From positions 1 through 45,441 of the IMG/VR virus record IMGVR_UViG_3300037419_000703: a stretch of 45,441 nucleotides of DNA; one strand, written 5' to 3'. This stretch comes from a virus. Its lineage: Duplodnaviria > Caudoviricetes. The translations under genes and the position numbers were made by a program. Positions 36,094-43,400 of this stretch are shown one piece after another (position 1 is the first letter of the stretch; each line of letters opens with the position of its first letter). The notes beneath the pieces were generated by a model. That model was not told the DNA's origin, did no database searches, and worked only from the letters and a program-made list of their open reading frames with translations.

Positions 36094-39000
36094 ATGTTTG
36101 CATCTATTCTTGCGCGCAAGTTCAACCCCAACCACGATGAAAAGGGGCGCTTCGCCTCCCAAGGAACTGGAATCTCCGGTGGTTCGCGCAATCACTTGCA
36201 CGAAATGTTCAACCGGATCGGCCAGCCGGATGGTGGATTCACCTATCAACCGACCACCGAAGAGGAACCGTCCGAGGGATATGCGCTGTCTCCCTACCCG
36301 GAGAAGTCGTTTGCCAAGCCTGCCAAAGACCTTCAGTTCAAGGACGTGGTGAACTATTACCTGAAGAATCGGGACGTGTTCAAGCAACCGGACCACTTCA
36401 TTGGTGCATGGCACGACCCGGCATCCGGGATGGTGTTTCTGGACGTGTCGGTGGTGAAGCATTCCGAAGAGGAGGCCACCAAGCTGGCGCTGGAGAAAGA
36501 CCAGATCGCTTATTTCGACTTGAAGAACTTCAAGTCTGTCACCGTCAACCCGGATGCTAAGTCCGGTGTGCTGAAAGGGATTCAAGATGGACAAGCCGCA
36601 ATTGCATTTGGTCAAACCGGATTCGGAAGTGTCTTCGCTCGTAAAGCTGTTCAAGCAGTTGACGGGCCGGGAGCCGACCGAAGCGGAACTGAAGGAGGCG
36701 CAGGAAATGCTGAGCAAAGAGCAGCCGCGCAATTGATTGCGCAAGCTTCCAAGGTTCTCAAGTTCAACCCCAACCATGACACGAGCAATGGACAATTCAC
36801 CTCAGGCAACTCCGGACCTTCAGAATCTTCCGTTCGATCCGGCAGTGGAGAAGGAAAAGGAATTTCCCTCCGCCCCCAACAACCAGACGCCGAATCCGCC
36901 GACCTCATCCACTACGGACGTGAAGGCGGACTCACGCAATTGAGTGCATCCCACTACGGCACCGGTATCAAGGGTGCTGAAGCTGCACGTCTTGCCAAGA
37001 GCAACGACAGCAACATCAAGAATCGGGTCTATTTCTACCTGAATGATGGGTCCGGCAAGCTGCCCCGCAAGGAGCAGGGTTTGGGCCAGCACGTCTACGC
37101 TGTCAAGCTGACCAACTTGTACGACTTCAAGAAAGACCCGGCCAAGATCATTCCGCGCATGCGCGACATCCCCGACCAGACCGAGCGCTCCAACTTCATG
37201 GAGTCTGAAATCGTCAAGTCGGGCTACGATGGCTACGCCCTGAAGGCTTACAACATGGCGGTGGTGCTGGGCAAGGACGTACCCGTGGAATACAAGGGCA
37301 CGGACACAGCCAAGCTGGAAGGCTTCGTCAACGTATTCAAGTTCAATCCGAATCATGACGACAAGGGCCGGTTCACGGCGGGCTCCGCTGCCTCCCTTGG
37401 TGGTGTGTTGGCACGCATGGCGGCGGGGGAAGACCACCCGAACATCATGCACCTGAAGGTGGACGGCAAGACCCCGTTTGGTGGAAACGAGAATTTGGGC
37501 GTTTCTCGCATTGATATGCCTCAAATCCCTCGTGCCGACCGTGAACAGTTCATCGCCAACTTGCACGCCAACGTCACGCCGGAATACGTTGACCCCACGA
37601 CTCTCAAGCCGACCCAAAACGAACTGGATGGGCGCAAAGTGGGGAGTCTTTACGGCAAGATTCTGGCGGGCGAGAAGCACAACGACCCCATCCTTGTGAG
37701 CCAAGAAGGGTTTGTGGTGGACGGCCACCACCACTGGGCGGCATCCGTCGCTGCCAAGGTCACTGGTGCTCGTCCCAACGAGAAAATCCACATCTACCGC
37801 ATCCACATGCAGCACAACAAGCTGATGGCTGCTGCCCACGCCTACGCCAAGGAAAAGGGCTATCAATCCAAGGACATCACCAAGTCGGAGTTGTTCTCCA
37901 CCGTCTTCAAGCACAACCCTAACCATGGCCCTGATGGAAAATTTACGTCTGGTCCGAGCAGTGCTGCTTTTAAAGAGTGGTTCGGGGACAGCAAGGTAGT
38001 AGGTGAAGATGGCAACCCGAAGGTCATGTACCATGCCACCACGGCAGATTTTGACACTTTCAAGGATAACCCGCGTGGAGTGCATTTTGTTAGCCCTGAC
38101 CCTGAATGGACCTCAAAGTTCCTGAAGGATGAGAACGGGGCAATCATTGAGGGGGCGTCCGTAATGCCTGTCTATGTGAAGGCATCGAACCCGTTTGACT
38201 TTGAGAACAAGAAGCATGTGAACCTGATCGCGGCGAAGGCTATGTTGAGCAGCGCCCAAACCAAGAAGATTAAAGCCGGTGATTGGACTGCGATTGAAGA
38301 CCGCACCGTGTTGCACTACATCAAGCAGTCTGGATTCGACGGTCTGTACGTGAAGGAAGATGGGGTTAAGAATTTGGCTGTCTTCGACCCTACCCAACTG
38401 AAGTCGACTACTGGCAACAACGGCCAGTACGACCGCAAGAACCCGAACATCATAAAGGCTGAATTCAGCTTCGCCCAAGTCCTGAAGCACAACCCCTACC
38501 ACGACCAGTTGGGACGGTTTGCCACCCATGGCGGCGCGCACTTCATTTCGACGTGGGGTAAGCACTACGCTGAAGCGGCCAACGCGAAGGCCAAGCCTGA
38601 AGAACACAGTGATCCCTTCGCTGGAGCCGCCGACCGGACTACTACCCATGTTGATCCCGCTCAACGTGCCAAGGACCAGTACAAGGCCGACCAGAATGCG
38701 TTGACCACCGCCAACGCAGCGGTGTTGGGCACGCACGACAGCCAGAGCAAGTCCCAGCAGTACACCGAGGCCCCGACCCCCAAGGAACAGGGACTTGTGA
38801 ATGCCTTCCATAACGTGGTGGCGTCCCACATGGAAGTCTACCCCCACGACATGAAGGACATGGCGGCACTGGAGTGGGCACAAAGCCTGGACGCACCTTA
38901 CGCTTCCAAGTACAAGCTGGGCCTGCCCCTGATGGATTGGGAGAAGGAAAAAGTCGCCAAGGACTTGGAAGACTTGAAAATCTCCAAGGATGCGGTGGGC

Positions 39001-40512
39001 GGTGGTTGGACTACCCCGACCGACCTTGGAAAGTATGGAGAACCCAAGAAGGTATTCGACCCCAACAAAGTGTCCGATGCCTTGGACAACCATATTTACG
39101 ACATGAACCAAGTGGCAAGCAAGGTTTCAAACGCCAACTACTGGAAATCAAGTGCTGAAATCTTGGATGGCGCCACGTCTCAGGAAGAGGAAGCCGCCAA
39201 GAAGAAGTATCAGGAAATGGTGCGCATCGCCCAAGAGGCGGCACCGGGATTTGAAGGCCAAGCGGAAGCCCAAGTGTCTAAACTGTTCAGCCATGCCGGG
39301 ATGAACATCTCCACCAAGCACAAACTGGGCATGTACTTGACGCCTACGGAGCGCGACAACATCGCCTCCACTTTGAAACAGATCAATCAAGCCAAGGCGT
39401 ATAACGCTGGCCTGGAATACCAGAAGGCCGTGGAACAGATGCACATGGCGCAGTACACCCATAGCCCGGAAGCCCTCGCTATGGCCAAGGTGAACGCATC
39501 CCAAGCCAAGGAAAAGGCGATGGGCCTGGGGCTGGATGAATATGCCTTGACCGGCTACGAGGAAATGGCCAAGGACAATGCCAAGTATCAATTCAAGGAG
39601 AAGCAGAAGGAAGCGGAAGCCGACTTCATGAAGACCTTGGGAGGGGCCCATCCGCGCGCCCCGGCAGACGGCAAGCTTGATCCTGCGGTGCAGCAGAACA
39701 AGGACTTCTACATCGGCAAGAACCTGATGACTCCGGAGAAGGCCGACGAACTGATCGCCAACCATTTCGCCACCGGCAAGGGGTTGGCCAAGTTCCACCA
39801 GGAACTCAAGGCCATGATCCCTGAAGCCAAAAAGGTGACGGAGGACTTTGACAACCGTTCGTTCTCCTTCTTGGACCCCTATAGCGGTGAAGCCACTCAG
39901 TTCTTCAAGGATGAAACCCAAAAATACAGCAGGATGTCGTCTGGTGCCAAAACAGCCGTGAAGGATTACACCTCCAGTGGTTACAAGGTGAACAAGGCCA
40001 TCGGCATGGCGGTGACAGCCAAGATGCTGGGCCAGAAACCTCACGCCCTCAATTCCAGTGAGAAGCTGTTCATGAAGCAAATGGATGAAGCCACCGGCCA
40101 CCCTATCAACCGTGACCTGATGTTGCGCCGTAACTTGCCGACCAAGTTCTTGGCTTCGCAAATGGGCATGACGACGGAAAAGCTGCACTCCATGTCCCAA
40201 GAGGAATTGGAAAAGACGTTCGTGGGCAAAATCTACCGTGACACGACGTATGGCTCCACCACGATCAACAAGAATTTCAATGGTACGTTCTCCACGGCGG
40301 CGTCCCAAGGTGAAGGATCGTTCTTCATCCGTGCCCCCAAGGGAACCAAGGGGTTGGGGGTGGAGCACGTCACCAACAACTCCGGGGAACACGAAGTCAT
40401 CCTCCAGCGCGGCACCACTTACGTTATCCGGAGTGTCACAAAATCGGAGTACAGCAGCCACATCGACTTCAATGTGGACATCATTGGCCAGCACCCTGAC
40501 AAATTGGATTGA
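36094..40512 (+). CDS. polyvalent five-module protein: unknown domain, ART-like domain, ParB/Srx-like domain, ART-PolyVal-like domain, helical region plus R-S-E ADP-ribosyltransferase
   Basis: LKPTQ..VVDGHHHW (ParB-N); FKEWFGDSKVV..G.P.VMYH...GFDG...AVFDPTQLKS (ART-PolyVal); LRRN..YGSTT..EHEVIL.RG (VIP2/Alt-type ART); five KxNPxH tags. Confidence 0.85.
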   Translation: MFASILARKFNPNHDEKGRFASQGTGISGGSRNHLHEMFNRIGQPDGGFTYQPTTEEEPSEGYALSPYPEKSFAKPAKDLQFKDVVNYYLKNRDVFKQPDHFIGAWHDPASGMVFLDVSVVKHSEEEATKLALEKDQIAYFDLKNFKSVTVNPDAKSGVLKGIQDGQAAIAFGQTGFGSVFARKAVQAVDGPGADRSGTEGGAGNAEQRAAAQLIAQASKVLKFNPNHDTSNGQFTSGNSGPSESSVRSGSGEGKGISLRPQQPDAESADLIHYGREGGLTQLSASHYGTGIKGAEAARLAKSNDSNIKNRVYFYLNDGSGKLPRKEQGLGQHVYAVKLTNLYDFKKDPAKIIPRMRDIPDQTERSNFMESEIVKSGYDGYALKAYNMAVVLGKDVPVEYKGTDTAKLEGFVNVFKFNPNHDDKGRFTAGSAASLGGVLARMAAGEDHPNIMHLKVDGKTPFGGNENLGVSRIDMPQIPRADREQFIANLHANVTPEYVDPTTLKPTQNELDGRKVGSLYGKILAGEKHNDPILVSQEGFVVDGHHHWAASVAAKVTGARPNEKIHIYRIHMQHNKLMAAAHAYAKEKGYQSKDITKSELFSTVFKHNPNHGPDGKFTSGPSSAAFKEWFGDSKVVGEDGNPKVMYHATTADFDTFKDNPRGVHFVSPDPEWTSKFLKDENGAIIEGASVMPVYVKASNPFDFENKKHVNLIAAKAMLSSAQTKKIKAGDWTAIEDRTVLHYIKQSGFDGLYVKEDGVKNLAVFDPTQLKSTTGNNGQYDRKNPNIIKAEFSFAQVLKHNPYHDQLGRFATHGGAHFISTWGKHYAEAANAKAKPEEHSDPFAGAADRTTTHVDPAQRAKDQYKADQNALTTANAAVLGTHDSQSKSQQYTEAPTPKEQGLVNAFHNVVASHMEVYPHDMKDMAALEWAQSLDAPYASKYKLGLPLMDWEKEKVAKDLEDLKISKDAVGGGWTTPTDLGKYGEPKKVFDPNKVSDALDNHIYDMNQVASKVSNANYWKSSAEILDGATSQEEEAAKKKYQEMVRIAQEAAPGFEGQAEAQVSKLFSHAGMNISTKHKLGMYLTPTERDNIASTLKQINQAKAYNAGLEYQKAVEQMHMAQYTHSPEALAMAKVNASQAKEKAMGLGLDEYALTGYEEMAKDNAKYQFKEKQKEAEADFMKTLGGAHPRAPADGKLDPAVQQNKDFYIGKNLMTPEKADELIANHFATGKGLAKFHQELKAMIPEAKKVTEDFDNRSFSFLDPYSGEATQFFKDETQKYSRMSSGAKTAVKDYTSSGYKVNKAIGMAVTAKMLGQKPHALNSSEKLFMKQMDEATGHPINRDLMLRRNLPTKFLASQMGMTTEKLHSMSQEELEKTFVGKIYRDTTYGSTTINKNFNGTFSTAASQGEGSFFIRAPKGTKGLGVEHVTNNSGEHEVILQRGTTYVIRSVTKSEYSSHIDFNVDIIGQHPDKLD
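36587..36736 (+). CDS. 49-aa ORF nested in +1 frame of the 1472-aa gene
   Basis: AAAGGGA RBS; MDKPQLHLVKPDSEVSSLVKLFKQLTGREPTEAELKEAQEMLSKEQPRN. Confidence 0.55.
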   Translation: MDKPQLHLVKPDSEVSSLVKLFKQLTGREPTEAELKEAQEMLSKEQPRN

Positions 40513-40514
40513 TC

Positions 40515-40727
40515 ATGTTCAAAAAACTGTTCGCCCTGAAGGCGGAACCTCAACAGGAGTTTGGTCTCCTGATGACCAACGCCTGTTCCACGTGCACGCG
40601 GTTCAACCGGGCCGCGCTGACCTGTGCAGCTTTTCCTGACGGTATCCCCACCCTGATCATCATGGGGGCGGATGACCACCGGGAGCCCTACCCCGGAGAC
40701 CACGGCCTGCAATATACGAACGTTTGA
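40515..40727 (+). CDS. small Cys/His protein following the ART domain, candidate immunity protein
   Basis: CxxC..CAAFPDGIP..I..G..DH..PYPGDHG motif; starts 2 nt after the ART gene stop. Confidence 0.7.
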   Translation: MFKKLFALKAEPQQEFGLLMTNACSTCTRFNRAALTCAAFPDGIPTLIIMGADDHREPYPGDHGLQYTNV

Positions 40728-40752
40728 CAAACCGTTACATCTGCGTTAGAAT
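40724..40752 (+). promoter_or_regulatory. sigma70-type promoter
   Basis: TTGACA-17-TAGAAT. Confidence 0.85.
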
Positions 40753-40777
40753 TGGTTCATAACTCAAGGAGTGAATT

Positions 40778-41701
40778 ATGACCAAACACCGCGCAATCAA
40801 TTGCAAGCCAACCGTCACATCCCTACGTAGCGCCCTGATGTGGCAAGCCGTGGGTGATGCGATGGGCTACGAATTTGAATTCCAGAAGAACCCCAAATCC
40901 ATGGACTACGTACGCAAGTACTTGGGGGACTCCAAGATCAAAATCAGTGACGATACCCAAATGACCTACTTCGGTCTGCGGGCCATCGCAACCTACTTGG
41001 CGACTGGAGCCGAAAGCCCAAGCCTTGCCCAAAAGCTGATCAAGATGGAATACTTGAACTGGTATCACACCCAATTGGTGGGGCGTAAGGTTCCAGGCGT
41101 TCCAAAGGAAATGTATAGCTATATGGCGCCGGGAGGAGCCACGATGCGATCCATGGGGGAAATCGACCTCTACGGGGTTCGCAAACCCAATGACGCCCGT
41201 GGCTGTGGCAGCGTGATGCGCCTGCTGCCGTTCGTGTGCGGCATCCTTCCAGATGATCAAGCGGAAAAGCTGGCCCGATACTCAGGCAAGGTGACTCACG
41301 ATTCCAAGGAAAGCGACGAAGCGGTACGTAAGCTGTTCAAGTACGCCCGTATGCTGGAAATCCACGGGTCGGCTGCGCTGGACGTTCTTAGAACCAACGA
41401 ACCCCTCATTGCCAAGGCGAAAAAGATAACGGAACTAGGGTCCGGATTCTACGCAATTGAGTGCGTGAACATGGCCCTGTGGGCACTGTTGCACCACTCT
41501 GACGATCCCATGATCATGTTCACGGTGGCAACGGTCCATCCGGGGGATTCAGACAGTGTGGCGGCGGTCACCGGCTGTTTATATGGGCTGATGACGAAAA
41601 GCGAACCTACCCAAGAACGGTGGGATCGGGTTAAGGAAGGCAAAGTCCTGTTGGCCCAAGTCAACGAGGTAGATTCGGCGCTGAACATTGCCTATAATTA
41701 A
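40778..41701 (+). CDS. ADP-ribosylglycohydrolase (DraG/ARH family)
   Basis: AVGDAMG, SDDTQMT, GCGSVMR, TH, GDSDSVAAVTG. Confidence 0.9.
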   Translation: MTKHRAINCKPTVTSLRSALMWQAVGDAMGYEFEFQKNPKSMDYVRKYLGDSKIKISDDTQMTYFGLRAIATYLATGAESPSLAQKLIKMEYLNWYHTQLVGRKVPGVPKEMYSYMAPGGATMRSMGEIDLYGVRKPNDARGCGSVMRLLPFVCGILPDDQAEKLARYSGKVTHDSKESDEAVRKLFKYARMLEIHGSAALDVLRTNEPLIAKAKKITELGSGFYAIECVNMALWALLHHSDDPMIMFTVATVHPGDSDSVAAVTGCLYGLMTKSEPTQERWDRVKEGKVLLAQVNEVDSALNIAYN

Positions 41702-41723
41702 GGCTCCAAAATAAGGAGCAGCC

Positions 41724-42680
41724 ATGTACGCCAAGGTCTTCAAATTCAACCCGAATCACGACGCCAAAAACGGGCAGTTCACGAGTGGTTCGGGTGGGTC
41801 CAGCGGACCTACTGGCACGGCCCATGGGCGCAAGACTTTGCGCGGCATCAAGGGAAACATCGGCAATTTCCCACGGGACAACCGCCCGGTGAGTGAGGTG
41901 GTGGCGGCAATCAAGTCGCACTTACCCCAAGACCAGCTTGATGCTGCTGACCGTTTCGATAAACAGGTTGCGGACGCCCTGGCCAGCGGGGAAGAGACCG
42001 TCAAGAAGTACGCCACACAGAAGGGAACCGATTCGGCTGGAAACCCGATCTATGAATGGAGTCCGGAGCGCCAAGCCCTGCACCAAAAGATCGTGGACGA
42101 GTTCTTTGCGGACGCCGACAAATACGTCCCGCCCAAGGGCGTGGCCCCGGAATTCGTGGCACTAGGTGGCCGTGGTGGGTCGGGCAAGAGTCAGTTGACT
42201 AACCCGGAAACCACTCCGATCAAGGACATTGGCAAGTTCAAGGTGCTGGACCCTGACGAAATCAAGGGCAAGCTGCCGGGCTACAACGGGGCGAACGCAG
42301 CCCTGTTCCACGAAGAGTCCAGCATGCTGACGGACAAAATCCTGTACCAAGCGTTGATGCGGGGCATGAACATGGTGCAAGACGTGACCATGAAAAGCAA
42401 GAAAGGGGTACAAGGTGCGCTGGACACGGCCCACCGCTATGGCTACAAGCTACAAGGCCATTACATGCACCTCCCAGCGGAGATTGCTGGACAGCGTGCG
42501 ATGGCACGTGCAACCGGAAGGAAGCCCCGTTACGTCCCCTTGGAAATCATTGCGGGGAACAAAGATAATGAGAAGAACTTCCAAGAATTGGTGAATGATG
42601 GATATTTCTCGTCGTGGTCCGTGTGGGATAACAACGTCCCGCAAGGCCAGAAGGCGAAGCTTGTAGCAAAACGACCATAA
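41724..42680 (+). CDS. zeta-toxin-like P-loop kinase with N-terminal KFNPNHD tag
   Basis: GGRGGSGKS, DPDEIK, HEES, D.T, RA..R...RYVP, WDNN. Confidence 0.85.
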   Translation: MYAKVFKFNPNHDAKNGQFTSGSGGSSGPTGTAHGRKTLRGIKGNIGNFPRDNRPVSEVVAAIKSHLPQDQLDAADRFDKQVADALASGEETVKKYATQKGTDSAGNPIYEWSPERQALHQKIVDEFFADADKYVPPKGVAPEFVALGGRGGSGKSQLTNPETTPIKDIGKFKVLDPDEIKGKLPGYNGANAALFHEESSMLTDKILYQALMRGMNMVQDVTMKSKKGVQGALDTAHRYGYKLQGHYMHLPAEIAGQRAMARATGRKPRYVPLEIIAGNKDNEKNFQELVNDGYFSSWSVWDNNVPQGQKAKLVAKRP

Positions 42681-42689
42681 GGAGTGAAC

Positions 42690-42920
42690 ATGAGTACCAA
42701 CAACGAAACCTACAGCCAAGCCCTTGAGCGCATCTACAGCCGTGAGGGTGGTGAACGGGTGGGCAACAAGGAGTTCCTGTTGCAGTGCATCGAAGATGGT
42801 GACTTCAACACCATCGGCTATCTGCCGAGCATGAGCGTTGACGGCGTGAGCGAAGAGGACTTCAAAGCTGCCCAGGAACGCGGCAAGGCCAAGAGCCTTG
42901 TACAACGTGCTAAGACCTAA
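42690..42920 (+). CDS. small protein after zeta-like kinase, candidate antitoxin
   Basis: TAAGGAG RBS overlapping the upstream stop codon. Confidence 0.65.
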   Translation: MSTNNETYSQALERIYSREGGERVGNKEFLLQCIEDGDFNTIGYLPSMSVDGVSEEDFKAAQERGKAKSLVQRAKT

Positions 42921-42932
42921 AAACAACAGCAT

Positions 42933-42961
42933 TTGACAAACCTCCTAGATGGGATTAAACT
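42933..42961 (+). promoter_or_regulatory. sigma70-type promoter
   Basis: TTGACA-17-TAAACT. Confidence 0.75.
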
Positions 42962-42996
42962 TCAAGGGTCAAGAAACACTATCTAGGAGGCCCAAA

Positions 42997-43131
42997 ATGC
43001 GTGAATTAGTTCTCTCCCTCGTCCTGATCTTCATCATCCTTGCCCTCGGAGTGTACGTCGGTATCTCCGCCATTGACCTGTATCAACACGTGGAAGCCGC
43101 CGCCAAGCTGTACACAGACCTTCCGAAGTGA
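42997..43131 (+). CDS. small membrane protein (44 aa)
   Basis: AGGAGG RBS; hydrophobic helix. Confidence 0.6.
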   Translation: MRELVLSLVLIFIILALGVYVGISAIDLYQHVEAAAKLYTDLPK

Positions 43132-43175
43132 TAAAAAGTAGTTTCCGTAGTTCAACTTGAATTGAGGAGACCGCC

Positions 43176-43343
43176 ATGAGCAAACCGACGAAGGAACAGG
43201 TACACGACTACATGCAGCAGCGTATCAACGGTAAAACCCCGCCCCCCAGCCCGGAGCAAATCCGGCGCGAACTCGGATGGGGCATGGTTGAGGGGAATCA
43301 AAAGGAAAAAGCCACGGGCTGGGACACTCCAAGAACGGTTTGA
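43176..43343 (+). CDS. 55-aa protein (not in ORF track)
   Basis: GAGGAG RBS; PTKEQV..Y...R....PPPSPEQIRRELGW. Confidence 0.65.
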   Translation: MSKPTKEQVHDYMQQRINGKTPPPSPEQIRRELGWGMVEGNQKEKATGWDTPRTV

Positions 43344-43368
43344 CAAATCCCAAGAAGTCCCGTACACT
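43340..43368 (+). promoter_or_regulatory. sigma70-type promoter
   Basis: TTGACA-17-TACACT. Confidence 0.8.
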
Positions 43369-43400
43369 ATAGTTGTGTTTTGATTCTCAAGGAGTGAGAA

